Positions 29,413-42,589 of a DNA stretch of 64,000 bases are shown here, in pieces. The stretch is from Octopus vulgaris. Taxonomy: Eukaryota. Under the pieces are notes generated by a model, which ran no database searches, was not told the DNA's origin, and saw only the letters and a program-made list of their open reading frames with translations. Numbering within the stretch: position 1 is the first letter of the stretch; each line of letters begins with the position of its first letter. The translations under genes and the position numbers were made by a program. The stretch spans positions 87,358,001-87,422,000 of the forward strand of contig OX597815.1 of NCBI GenBank assembly GCA_951406725.2. Reading direction: 5' to 3'.

Positions 29413-29836
29413 TTCAAGCGTGGTTGATGTTAGTGCCGCCTGATTGGTTCCATGCCAGTGGCATGTTAAAAGCACCATTCGAGGGTGTGGTTGCCAGTGC
29501 TTGTTTGACTGGCTCCTGTGCCGGTAGCACATAGAAAAGCACCATTTGAGCGAGGTCGTTGCCAGTGCCACCTGACTGGCTCCCATGCTGCTGACATGTA
29601 AAAAGCATCATTCAAGCATGGTTGATGCCAGTACTGCCTGACTGGCCCTCGTGCCGGTGGCATGTAAAAAGCACCCACTACACTCTCAGAGTGGTTAGCA
29701 TTTGGAAGGGCATTCAGCTGTAGAAACTTTGCCAGATCGGATTGGAGCCTAGCACAACCTTCTGGCTTGCCAGCCCTCAGTCAAACCGTCAAACCTATGC
29801 CAACGTGGAAAGCAGACGTTAAATGATGATGATGAT
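29413..29836 (+). mobile_element. SINE/LINE-tail element with four internal ~66-bp tandem units
   Basis: Four diverged units (ttc.agcg.ggt.g.tgccagtg...tgactggc...tgcc.gtggcatgtaaaaagcacca) followed by the RTE-type tail and (GAT)n. Confidence 0.75.
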
Positions 29837-30489
29837 GTATTTTAGGAAAAATGAACTCATCCTAAGAAAATTCAGAAAATATTTTTAAAACTCAGTAAGC
29901 TTTTGTTCTTCCTGAGTTGGCATTTAGTAGTGAGCCAACGCAAAATTTGTAATATCCATTTAATATCTCACTATTGTGAGTTCAATTCATGCCAACATCA
30001 AACTGATTTTGTATCTTATCACTCAAGGAACCATTAAATTTTTGATTAACTATATTTCTTTCCCTATAAACTGGCCAAATGCTGAATCAGATGAAATAAT
30101 TTTTTCTTAAAAGAGTCAGATTATGCAAAACAGTATTTAGTTGTGTCCTTTTAAAATTCTGAGATCAAATCATGGTGAAATCAGCCTTACTTTTTATTCC
30201 GCTGAAAAGGAAAAAATAGCAGTTCCATACCAGGGTCAATTCAACCAGCTATACCCCACTTCCCTACAAATTTTTGTGCCCGTGGAAGAAATCAATATTA
30301 TTAACAATGCTCTCCATCTTAAAGCTTTATGCCTGGTTAAGAAATTATCACAACTACAGCTATGTGGATTATACTACTACTATCTCCACCTCAAATCACT
30401 ACCTTTTCTATTTAGAATGAAATAATCTTAAGATTAACTTCTACTGAATCCAAATAAACAAAAACATGCAGTATTGGCTGCTTTTAAAT

Positions 30490-31110
30490 CTGGTTAGTGG
30501 AGAGAAAGCCAAGTATAGAAAAATGATAGCAGAAGACATAGTGCCAAAACAGAGCTGGTGGGAGGATGAGAAGGAGGGACACAGATGTATGTTATCAGAC
30601 TGATGGTAGTAAGAAAAGTAGGTGGAATGTGATGAGGGAAACTAAAGAAGAAAAGGTGATTTAAAAGGGATGGTGGGGCAAAGAAGAATAGGGAAAGAGA
30701 AATTGATGGCGATAGGTAGGGAGATGCAAACGAAACTAAAATGGGTTGGAAGGGTGGTGGATGAAGGAAGCTGGAGCAAAAAACAGGAGAAATGGATAGA
30801 GGAAGTAAAAAGAGCATTGGTCGAAAGGAAGAGAGGGATAGTGATAGGATGGGACAGAGAGAAGATTTGTAGAGCAGGAGAGAAAAGCTGAAAAAAAAAA
30901 AGCAACAGGCGGTTGGTAGGGTTTAAAAAAGAATAGAATGGTTGGTAGAAAATGGTAGGAGGGTTGGTAGAAAAGGAGAGGGAAAGTACAAACGGACAGG
31001 TACAATAAAAAGAAATATGTAAACAAGAGAGGAGATTGATAGAAAGGGGCAGAGAGAAAGTAGGTAAAATGAAAGGGACTGAAAGAAAGGAAGTGAAGGG
31101 CTAACATAGA
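30490..31110. repeat. Purine-rich (plus-strand) low-complexity tract
   Basis: A/G-rich throughout. The overlapping ORFs are compositional artefacts. Confidence 0.6.
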
Positions 31111-34100
31111 ATTTACAGATTTAGAATTCAGTGCGACAGAAATGAAGGGGTTAGACTGAGTACTGTGTGGGTATGTATGTGTATATGATAAGACTGAAGT
31201 GGAGAGATTTATGAATCAGCCATACACTGAGCAGCTGATTAGCTAACAATGACCCTGAAATGAACACTGATCAGCTGGCAACCTTCAAACAGATTGGAAA
31301 AATCGATACGAGAGCCAAACAATTTAAGACAGAGGGAAATGAAAAAAGAGCTCGTGCAAAGATCTATCTTAGAAAAAAATAAGAAACACTGAAAACATTA
31401 GAAGTGCTACCGAAGACCAGGTCTTAAGATTCTTTTGTATCAAATATCCGACAATAATACCTATTAGATAATTTCCTCACAAGGCCTCAAAGTAAAATAA
31501 AATCAGTTTTTGCCAGAGAAATGTTAACCACCTCAACTAAAGTGATAGAGGGTGTATTCGAAAGAGTACAAAGATTGAAGGGATGAGTGTGTACGTGTGT
31601 AAGACCTTGTGTCTGTTCACTAGAAAGTGTGGATATTCTCCGAGATTGCAATGATACGTGGTGCAGCGACAAACATCGGAATATGCCAAAATCAGTGATC
31701 TCTAACAGGAATGTCCTAAAGCCTTGTTAAGTTGCATGTATGATAAGTATGCAAATACACACACGCAGCTATTACAGAGTGTGAGAAAATGCAACGGACG
31801 AGGGGAGTATTTGTGTGCGTGTTTGTTGATATTTGTACACCTCCTCTCCACCCAAAGAGTTTTAATGAAAGGCAATTAATCTGCAGTAACGTTTTTCGTC
31901 ATTAACTGATAATTTGCTCGGGATCGATTTGTAATGGCTAAACATCCAACAATTTTATCTGCTTCATTATACAAAATCTAAACCAACAAAAACATTTAGC
32001 CAAATAAATCACTTTCCTTTACGCATATCTCTAGTAAAAATCAAAGTCGTGAGTAAAATACAGAACGAAAGACAAAACAAAACACCTACAGGTGAATTTT
32101 GCAGTTTGAGGCTACAAGTCAACCTTATTGAGTTGACAATTACACTCACAACGTCTTGGTTTGTGGCAAAAGAAAAACATTTTTTTTTTTTTTACTTTAC
32201 GATGACTAACTGCATACAGTGACGGATACAGTTGATAAAATTGATCCAAGTCGTTATTATTACAAAGATAAGATATAGTTGATACCGAGGAGGGTTTTTG
32301 GTTTTGTTTTGTTTTGTTTTTTTTCACTTTAATCAAACCATGTCCCAAAGCGACACAGAAAAATTACATGACATTTAAGTGGAAGGATTTTTTTTCTTGT
32401 AATTGATAGGTGTGGTCGACAGACCCGATCACCAACAAAACATTACTGAAATTCTATTCTATCACCTCTTCCGTCGATACAGTAGAATAAATAATTTCTT
32501 TCGCCTCTACATTTATAGAAAAGAACTGAGAGACTAAGTGAAACGTTTATGTCCAAAACGGACAGAAGCGGTCCAAATGAAATGGTTTCATCCGGAAACT
32601 GAAAGCGGATCACAAACTCAGCTTGCCGGAAGCGTACGCATCTTCTCTGCAGAACTCTGCGCTTTTCTCACAGACACAGTAGGCACGCTAGATCCACTCA
32701 AGATGTGCAGGAGTCCATGCGTGTTTTACGATACAATTAACCGACACCAACTAGATTGGATGGACTTGTATTGCCGCGAAACGACAAATGGCATCAAGGC
32801 CAATCAATTCGTACCTTTCCTCTCCAAAAATACATATACACACATATTTTCATTTTAACTTAACAAACAATAATACTTAGTAAATCCCACAAATAGCCAA
32901 TTTAACTGCTGAACGACACGAATAAGAAGTTAACAAGTAGAACACAATAGTGGTCCAAAAAACAAGATTTTTATCAGTTCAATAGACTAAAAACTGTAGC
33001 CACGAGGTTATTCTGAAGTAGTGACATTAGCAGAAATTGTAGTAATTATTAGAAAGCAGTAGAACGGAGAAACGGTAAAATACCAAATTGAAATAAGGTT
33101 AAACCTTTACATTTTGAGTTCAAATTTCGACAGGGAACAACTTCACTTTTTATTTCCCCCACTCAATGACAGTCGATAAGTACCAGTGAACATTCGATCA
33201 ACTCTATAATCCGCCTCCTATAAAATAGTCTTCTGTTAATGTAACAAACCATCGTAAAAATGGAGCGGCGGATAGTAGAAGGGGTAGTAGCAGTATTAAT
33301 AGTGGATTTAAAACGATAATGATAGTATTGTAATGTTAAAGATGGTCGTAGTAAAAAAAGAGGTTCCATAGTATCTAAAGTTTAGATGGTTTTACTTCAA
33401 GAAGAGAAAGTTGTTATTCCATCAGTTTACATGTTTATGACTAAGTAAAACTCATGCACATACTTCCGAACGAATATACAAACACACGCCTTAATCATTA
33501 AGAAGGAAGCAGGCTGTTGCCGTTTACGTCAAAACCACTTCATAATTATCACCATCATTGTCATAAGAAATTCAATCAAACCTAAACAATATATGACAAT
33601 AAGATGGTAACGGAAAAACAGCCGTAGCTATGAGGATATTCTTTCTCATGGCGATAGCATTGAATAAAAATAATAGGGCTAGAAGTGGCGCTTAGAATAT
33701 ATAACCACTAAATTTCTACGTATCAATACCTTGGATTTAGATGTGAAGTTGATAGAATCAGTTCCCTATTGCATTGCTGATACTAATATTTATTTTATTG
33801 ACATTTCATTTCCCAGGGAAAAAAAGTAAAGTCAAAGCAGTATTTATACAGGCGTAAGACGACTTAGATCCAATAAAATATCTAGACAAATAGTAAAGTG
33901 TCACTACGAATCATTCTCACATTGGTACAAGGCTACATACATGTTGAGAGATCGGGGAATCTAGTTGATTAAACCACATCAAATTTATTATAGGTATTTA
34001 TTTTATTGACCCTGGAGGAATAAAAAGCTATGTTGACTACAATTATATTTGGACTCAGAACGAAAAGAGAGATTGAATATCCAAACAACCTTCAAAGAAT

Positions 34101-34306
34101 TTTGAATTTCACATAAGCACAAGGTCATAAATTGATAATGGTGAATTCGTTTGAATAGCCGACAAAGTATAACTGGTACTATAAGATGTACAAAACAACC
34201 ACAGAAGCGCAAGACTAAAAAATGTTAAACAGCTACAGTGGTGCCCTGTCGTTTCGACTACCCAACTGTCTTCGCCTTTCAAACAACAATAATAATAAAT
34301 ACTTCA

Positions 34307-34582
<276 letters not shown>

Positions 34583-35819
34583 TTACAACGAATAACGGCA
34601 CCAACACCACTACTACTATATACACACACACAACAAAATAAAATCCTGTTGTACTCCTCTGTGTGTGTATGTAACACACTGTTGAAATTGAGATACAAGC
34701 ACGTAAAAGCCTACATGTGGGTGTCTGTGTGTATATACAATTACTGGATCTTGTGTCACAATACAACACAACACACCCTTATTCTGATTGAATTTAGACG
34801 TTTGACAGTTTGGTTATTGGTTTGTTCGATGAAGTATGTGTTGACTTGTTTCTTAACTGGATGACCAAAATTGTAAAATCCCTTGGGTTGAACTTATTGC
34901 TGAGGGGTCAGTTACAAATAATCTTGCCCACTCAATCACTCGTTCTCTTTGCTGCCGTAGGGTATCAACTATTAGAGAATGTTAACATATGAGAGCAAAG
35001 GCGTTGTTTTTTTTTTTTCTCTTTTCCTTTTTACTTTCTTTAAATCCAAGTCCAAAATAACAGGCAATTGATCGTAGGAAATTACTTCTCTCTTTGTATA
35101 TGAAGATGTGCGTGTTTCTCTCCGGTGGGTAGGTGTGGTAACTTCAAACTTGTAATTAAAGAAAATGTTGATATTCCACGATATAATAAAATTGGAGTCT
35201 TTTTTTACGAGTGGAACAACGTCTTAGATTTACAGGAGTTGTGACAAAACGGGATGTTAGGATGCTCATGCCTTCGCTAAGGGTATTTTATTAGGCAACG
35301 TAAGTGGAATGGCTTCAACCGGGAATTTGATAACAATAACACTTCCTTCCGACAGTTCTGAAGTAACAAGCAGTATTATAAATATTATATGATGATAATA
35401 GTGTCAATAATAAACTGTTTTGTTGTTGAAGCAAGCTTTCAGCAAATCAGACATTGAACTATAGACAATTCCGTGGAAACACATTCAATAAAAAGATATT
35501 TGGTTGCAGAGGTGGGCAGTGCTGTAACGCCAATCAACAATCATTAATGCAAGCAAAATAGAGAAGAGAAGACGATAGAAAAGGGGAATATACATGTATG
35601 TATAGATAGATAGAAAATACCCTTTCGTTGCTTCAAATGAAAATATAATCCGGGTTTTAAAAAAAATGTAAATAAATTATCAGAGACGATTTCTTGTAGT
35701 CATGTTGTGTGTAATGGATAGAGGAAATAATGGAGTGTAATATATTCGGTTCTCATGAAGCTCTCCGTTGTGTGTCACTTGGCCAGCCACACCGATAACC
35801 TCCGATCACCATTCTCAAT

Positions 35820-35910
35820 GTAGTTTTGGCAGCCATTTTGTTGTTTGACTATCCCGCATCATCTTCCCGTTTACGGCGCATGTCAACATATATCGCATCA
35901 TGACGTCATA
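35820..35910 (-). promoter_or_regulatory. Putative SLK core promoter with YY1-like motif and full CRE
   Basis: The minus strand reads CAAAATGGCTGCC (YY1-like, 35828-35840). The palindrome TGACGTCA is at 35901-35908. The region is locally CpG-rich and ~1.4 kb upstream of the ATG. Confidence 0.5.
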
Positions 35911-35997
35911 GCCTTCAGAAACACCTTTTCGCTTCTTCTTTCTGTTATTTATTTTTTAAAGCAACCCCCTACCCCGCTTTCCAAGCATATACCATTT

Positions 35998-35999
<2 letters not shown>

Positions 36000-36033
<34 letters not shown>

Positions 36034-36204
36034 ACATGCACATACACATATATATATAATGCACACATTTTCTCACTACTTGCCAAAACAATTGTATAGT
36101 GTTTTCTTAAGAGTGAATGATTGGATTTTTATTTTGTTTGGAGTTTTCATTTCCTGATTCACCAATTCTCTGTGTTGCATCTCTTTTTCACCCCCAACCC
36201 CCCA

Positions 36205-36267
<63 letters not shown>

Positions 36268-36273
36268 CCTCTT

Positions 36274-36306
<33 letters not shown>

Positions 36307-36360
36307 TTCTCTGTGTGTGTATATATATATATATACACACATACACATACACACACACAT
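36000..36360. repeat. Compound microsatellite cluster: (CA)n, C-tract, (CT)n, (TA)n
   Basis: Visible runs just upstream of the putative SLK promoter. Confidence 0.9.
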
Positions 36361-36512
36361 CATCAGCGGCATCATCATCATTTAACGTCCGTTTTCCATG
36401 CTGGCACGGGTTGGACGGTTTGACCAGGTTCCATTGTTCTGGCATCGTTTCTATGACTGGATGTCCTTCCTAACGCCAACCACTCTACAGAGTGTACTGG
36501 GTGCTTTTAATG
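36361..36512 (-). mobile_element. RTE-type 3' tail fragment
   Basis: catcatcatcatttaacgtccgttttccatgctggcacgggttggacgg is the reverse complement of the shared tail. Confidence 0.75.
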
Positions 36513-37331
36513 TGGGCCCCAGCAATAAAGCTTCACATATGTAATAAAGTGAGTCAAAGAATTTTGAATATCAACGTAATTAGTGGGAAAAATTTCCTTG
36601 GGAATGTTTAAAATCTAAACCATCCATCAAAACTGAAATTAATTGAAATTTTTGGAAAATATAAACAACACTTTCTGCAAGCAACTTTAGTCTGTAGCCA
36701 ATTGGTAAAAGCAACAGGCATGTTTCACACTTATTAAACTTCTTCAGCAAAGCATATTATACTCGTAGCATGGATAATATCAGTTAATAGAAGTTTTTGA
36801 TTTACTCTATTATATAAGTGAGACTTACTATATTTGTATTTAACATGTAGATACAAGATGACATGGTGGAGAAATAGCATGTAGATAGAGCCATAAAAGA
36901 TAAGAGGCAGGCCTTTCAAAGTTGGAGGAAAGCAGGAAGTAGAGAAAAATATCAAATAGCTAGAAAAGAAGCTAGATGTCAAATATACTTAGCAAATGAA
37001 AAAGTAGTTTACAGTGTTAGCAAAATTAGTACTAGTTTACAAAATTTAGCTTATAAAATTAGCACTAGCAAATCTACCCCTATACAATGGAGACATAAAA
37101 TGAGGGAAGGAGGTCATAACAGCAATATGCATTGAGAAATGTGTAAATGGACTTAATAGATTACTGGGTGATATCTTAGAGAAATCACATTATAGTTGGC
37201 AGTGGCAGCTCATGTATAGCTGTGGAATTGCAGCACCCCCTATTTCCACTCGCTATTATCCATAACATTCAATATAATGATCCTTGTTTCTTGAATTCTT
37301 TCTTTATATTTGTACATTATATAATTCTATA

Positions 37332-37739
37332 GGCGCAGGAGTGGCTGTGTGGTAAGTAGCTTACTTACCAACCACATGGTTCCAGGTTCAGTCCCACTGC
37401 ATGGCACCATGCGCAAGTGTCTTCTACTATATCCTCGGGTCGACCAAAGCCTTGTGAATGGATTTGGTAGACAGAAACTGAAAGAAGCCCATCATATATA
37501 TGTATATATATATATGTATGTGTGTATGTATATGTTTGTGTGTCTGTGTTTGTCCCCCCAACATTGCTTGACAACCAATGCTGGTGGGTTTATGTCCCCG
37601 TAACTTAGTGGTACGGCAAAAGAGACCGATAGACTAAGTACTAGGCTTACAAAGAATAAGTCCTGAGGTCGTTTTGCTCGACTAAAGGTGGTGCTCCAGC
37701 ATGGCCACAGTCAAATGACTGAAGCAAGTAAAAGAGTAA
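37332..37739 (+). mobile_element. Near full-length tRNA-derived SINE
   Basis: Pol III A-box TGGCTGTGTGG and B-box-like GGTTCAGTCC, a central (TA)/(TG) tract, and a 3' end gtcaaatgactgaagcaagtaaaagag. Homologous copies at ~42730, 44400 (-) and 46200 (-). Confidence 0.85.
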
Positions 37740-38577
37740 TCCTTAAGCTTAATGTTAGAAGCCATCCTCTAGTTTATGAAAAAAATACAAAAATCCTTGT
37801 ATAGAACTGTGCACTTCACAGTTCCAGTGATGCAGCATTTGGCTGTTGTGCACCTACATATCCAAGATAGGAAGCTTCACATAAGGGAAAGAGAGCACTA
37901 TGTGAATGACAATGCCGGGTGAAAAGTAGTGTTTCTTTTTGATTCTGTGTGTTGTGCTTAATAACATGTTTATATTTTTAAATGTGATAAAGTGTAGAAT
38001 TAGATTATTATCCTGCTTCCAGCCTCTGTGTTGCTGCCAGGATTTGAAAAATAGGGCACATTTCCTCACCTTATTTTGTGATTAAGGGTGGATTTTTGAA
38101 AAACACAGGGGAATTCACAGCAGTGTTCAGTGAACAAATTAGATACATGACCCAGCAGTGGCTAAAACGTGAACCAATCAAGTTTATGTATAAATTTTCT
38201 ATTTATGTTTGTTTCCTTTTACACAATATTAAAACAATTTTATCTACAAGCTGCCACTGATTGTTAGTGATACAGCATTCTATTACAGGTATATGACATG
38301 TGTTTGCCACTAAGTGATGATGATTCATTCCCAAACTGAAATAAGCTCCCAGCCTTTGTATCATGAATGGTTATGTGGACCATTCCTAATGAAAGCCAGT
38401 GCTTCCTTCAACCACTACATAAAATGTATTGAGAAAAAAATGTTATTTAGATATACTTTTATATTAGTTATTTACACTATTTTACACTTATACATTCAAA
38501 TACTCTTATACATTCAAAGTTCACAAATTTCCTTATTTAAATTATGAATCGTATTCCTTTCGATAATATCAATATGA

Positions 38578-38787
38578 TTACAAAACTTCCTTGTAGACGA
38601 TATTTTCTGTTTGGTCGACACTAATTTTCAAAGTACTGGAGTCTGTTGCTCTACTCATAGCAATGTATAACTGGCCATGTGTAAACATCGAAGTGGGTAA
38701 AAATACAACTACACGCTCTAAAGTCTGACCCTGTGCCTTGATTGCTGTTAATGCACAAGTGGAGTCTTTAGGGTTGCAAAAAATCAA
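38578..38787 (-). pseudogene. Helitron Rep/Hel PIF1-like helicase C-terminal remnant
   Basis: ALTAIKAQGQTLERVVVFLPTSMFTHGQLYIAMSRAT...TENIVYKEVL* matches the Helitron helicase motifs (FAMTINKSQGQT...VFSHGQLYVAxSRV...TxNIVYxEVL). Confidence 0.85.
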
Positions 38788-39019
38788 ACTAAGACTTACC
38801 TCTCACTGTTCTGGACATTTTGGTACCATGGGTTATTTTGATTGACAAAACTGAGATGTAAACAACAGCATCTTCAATTAACCATTTTGAATCCTGCTCA
38901 AGACTGACACACTTCAATAACTATTAAATAATCACACACTATAGACTGACACACTTTTTCCATTTTATTTTTACTATTAACCATTCCTGTAACCCCCTTC
39001 ATATCTACAATGGGACCGT

Positions 39020-39580
39020 GAACTATATGATGAAAATCCAGAGTTACTCATGGTCAGTGAATTTTTAATAAAAATGTGAAGGTGGTTTATCAATTCAAAA
39101 ATCGATATCCACGAAATAATCATTCTTTCTGATTTTCTTTTTGCTAAAAACCTTCGTGATTACCTCCTTCATAATCCAAACGAATACCGTAACCATTGGT
39201 CCAGTCATCTGGCTGTGAAGAGGGAACAGACAAACAGACGGACATAACGCCCATTATAGTAAGATATAATGGACACAACGCCCATTATAGTAAGATCTAC
39301 TCATCTATCATCTAAATTCACAAGCTATATGGTGGTAGGGAAATCCAGAGTTAATCCTTGTAGCCAGAATTTTAACAAAAAAAAAATCAAAGGTAATTTC
39401 TAAATACAAAAATCAATATCCACTAAATAATCATACTTTTTCACATTTTTTTTCACTAAAACCCTTCTTGATTACCTCCTTCATAATCCCAAAAAACATT
39501 GTGACCATTGCTCTAGCAGTTTGACATTGAAGAGGGAACAAACAGACAGATAGATGGACATAACGCCCATTATAGTAAGA
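39020..39580 (-). mobile_element. Tandem Helitron 5'-terminal segments
   Basis: Two ~250-bp direct repeats (39020-39264, 39325-39580) plus a 30-bp extra copy. Each begins on the minus strand with A|TCTTACTATAATGGGCGTT. Confidence 0.65.
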
Positions 39581-40139
39581 TGAGATGAACTGCATATCAA
39601 ATGATAACAGCACACCCTTACTGATGCTAAAAGGAAAGAGGCATAGAAGACTAACAATGAGCAGCTGTTGAATGAGGAGATGCTAAATAGAGAGCAAAGG
39701 AGTCTTCGCTAAGTAGATCCAACAGAGGGACAGGCTTTCTGAATTGACAGCAATATGGCAAGTAGAATGATTAAGGACATGGACACAAGGAATTTAACTG
39801 ACTTATCAGGGATAGTCACTGGAAAACTGAAAACATCTAACAAAGTAGAGTATAGGTTAGTCACTGAAAATAATCAATCAGGTAATGCAGGAAGATATAC
39901 TCAATAATTGGTGTTATTACTGATTTCAATATGTTGCATTTCACAAGTGTGGTGAACTGTCAGAATTGTTAGCACACAGGGTAAAATGCTTTGTAGCATT
40001 TTGTCCATCTTTATGTTATGAATTAAAATTCCACCAAGGAAGTGAGAATTGGCAACATGTGGTTCAGAAAAGACTTTTCTATAATGCAGGCATAGCAAAA
40101 TTTATGTTAAACTGGGGTTAGTGATGAAAACAGGAATAC

Positions 40140-41720
40140 ATTTATTTACAGCTGAACTTTTGGCCCATTTTATTTCAACAAAGTCACTATCTACTGCCCC
40201 TCTTGTTTATTTGACATCTTCTTAAGATTGGTGGTCCTTCAAAATCCTTTTGTCCAGCAAATGCTCACTCCTTTTGGCTCTCTGGTGTATTCAGACCATC
40301 TTTCAAGAATTTTATTCTTTTTTCTTATTACTAGGTCTCCTTTCTTTGATTTTTATACATACTGTGGATGAGCAAGATGTTTCCCTTTTGTTTGATGTTT
40401 TGGAATGCATGGTATATGAGTCCCTGTAAAATAATTTCTCAGTGCTATCACATATCTTATTAAACCACTGTTTCTTTACCTGATCACGTTTTCTTTTTAT
40501 CCTCTTATTCAGCTCTTAGTATTTTCTTTCATTGGCTTTGTTTATTTTCCCCTTTCTCATAAGTGATTTAATCTCACTTGTTGTCTATTTCTTAGCTGTT
40601 ATTTGTTCCACTGGTAGTATTGTATTCTTTGGTTCAGTGTTCATACACTCCTTGAAGCTTCCCACTGGATTTCTACATTTTTTAAATCTTGTACTATTAC
40701 ATTTCTATTTTTAACCTCCTCAAGTCTCCGTGATGACAATGTAACCTCCATTTGACTAAGGCATCTTTGGCCTGATGAGTAGCTAGTGGAGTTCCCCTCA
40801 CTGAGTAATTACTACTTCTGAGGTTCTGCTAGCTAGGAAACATGTCTAGCTTGGAGTTTACCGGCTCCACTCACTAAATTTGGATTTTTACTTGCATACA
40901 CAGCAACCCCAGTTGCTAACTGTGAACTATAAAATAACATTTTTCAGCTTATCGAACTTCGATATGGGAAAACTACTACTGTTCCTGAAAGTTGTTTTTT
41001 ATACCTTCAATGGACTGCTCAAAGCTTACTAACTTCCTACACCTGGATCCTTGGATCTTACCTTTACATATAATTATTTAACCTTCATTCTATATTTTTC
41101 GCTTGTTCTATTGGTGGTCTTAAGATTTTTTAAAGTTTTCTTCATTTTACATTTATTTTACTCAGAATTAAATTGTAGTCACTGATGCAGTCCACTTATG
41201 AACAGGCTTTGCAACTTTTATTCAAGTTATCATACTTATTTCTTAGTGACACAAAATGTGTATTCCTGTGTTTAGACATTTCAAACCAGGTGTCACCAAT
41301 TGTGAATTCATTAACTTCTGTCCATTCTATCAACCATTCTCCTCTCCCATCACAGTTCCCTAGGCTGTATAAATCTACTATTTTCTATTCTCCCTTATCC
41401 CACCTTTGTATTTAAGTCTCTTTGAATGGTGAGACTTGCATGGCTTTGATGTTTAATCTTTTTATCTATTTTTTGTCTGCTCTTACATGTTGGTGCATAA
41501 ATTTGGATAATGTCAGTGTAGATTGTATCGAGGTTATCTGATCTGATATAGCCCAATACTCTATCACAAGTTAAGCATGCTCTTTGTTAATTAAAAACCT
41601 AACTCTCTTTTGCTTGTGCCCTTCTGAACAAATAATGGTGTGTTTATCTTATTGCCAACAGCAGTCCATCTCACTTCACACAAGCCTAATGTATTGATGT
41701 GGAATTAGTTGCTCTCATCT
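40140..41720 (-). mobile_element. Degraded RTE-clade LINE, interrupted at ~40720-40940
   Basis: Minus 41250-41420 gives DLNTKVG*GR...SLGNCDGRGEWLIEWTEVNEFTIGDTWF (APE endonuclease). Minus ~40450 gives KQWFNKICDSTE, resembling the RTE inter-domain region. Confidence 0.6.
40765..40852 (+). ncRNA. Degenerate type-I hammerhead-ribozyme-like motif
   Basis: CTGATGA (40772-40778), a long stem II (TAGCTAG/CTAGCTA plus CCTCA/TGAGG), then GAAAC-AT-GTC (40837-40846). The stem II closing pair and stem I are mismatched. Confidence 0.45.
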
Positions 41721-41943
41721 TTCATCTTTCAAGCTTCCATCTCTCATGCATTGTATGTATATTCAAGATGCCATTTTTGTTCAATGTTTATTTCTTATCA
41801 CCAGACTGTTTTCATTATATAAGGGAATAATTATTCAATTTATTAAACATTTTACAAGGTATACAGAGAGCAGGACAAAGCATCAACTGAATTTATGTAT
41901 GTATGTATGTTTGTATGTATATATATGTATGTATATATGTATG

Positions 41944-42495
41944 TCAGGTCACTTTCGAGTGCTACTAGTAACATGTAACCCAGTACAACCTGTTGCATGG
42001 TCGGGTCATCGGCGACTAAACCAGCAACCCCACCAAGCTTGCTTGGTGAGGAGGGTGTTTATTGGACACCCTGTGGGATGAAAAACAAAACCCGTCAAAG
42101 GGCGGAGGAACTCTTGAGAGCCAATGGCCATCCAATAAATGTCTTAAGGCTGTATCATGCGCGGGGACATAGAAATAATCAGACTGACTACCCGATCACG
42201 CAGTTAAACCATTGGGAGTGAAGGACTCCTAGCCTTTGTTAGGGCATCCTTCTAGGAGAAGGTAACTCAGGAAACTGGGATAACTCTGAGAAAAAACCTG
42301 CAGCTCAGTGGTTACCGATGATGTTGACTTGTTCTTCTTTTCGGATTATGGCTGCTGTTGCTTAGTGAGTGGGATTGACTCAGTGCACAGCCTTACTTCC
42401 CTTTAAAAAAAATCTTCTTGCACAGGCATTGCACGATAACAACATTGATTAAGCTTCATGCAATGGCCATACTCGATAACGAAGGGGCAGCCACC
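41944..42495. mobile_element. Unclassified GC-richer interspersed repeat inserted in a (TATG)n array
   Basis: Sharp GC/CpG shift, (TATG)n on both sides, and a ...ctaggagaaggtaactc... segment reminiscent of RTE 5' UTRs. Confidence 0.4.
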
Positions 42496-42589
42496 ATATA
42501 TGTATGTATGTATGCATGTGTATGTATGTATGTATGCATGCATGCATGTGTATGTATGTATGTATGTATGTATGTATGTATGTATATGA

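Noticed and set aside
29413-29676. CRISPR-like regularly spaced repeats
   Set aside because: The units are homologous along their full length with no unique spacers. The context is a eukaryotic SINE and there are no cas genes.
30494-31107. Overlapping 70-123 aa ORFs
   Set aside because: They arise from a low-complexity purine/pyrimidine tract and show no protein motif.
36076-36473. ORFs with RE/LS/HT dipeptide runs (also 42403-42769 and 44013-46222)
   Set aside because: These are translations of microsatellites, which lack stop codons.
37800-38070. Cys-containing minus-strand segment (CTTAKCCITGTVKCTVL) as a host exon
   Set aside because: No continuous frame with neighbouring sequence. It may be a decayed DNA-transposon Cys-rich tail but is too degraded to call.
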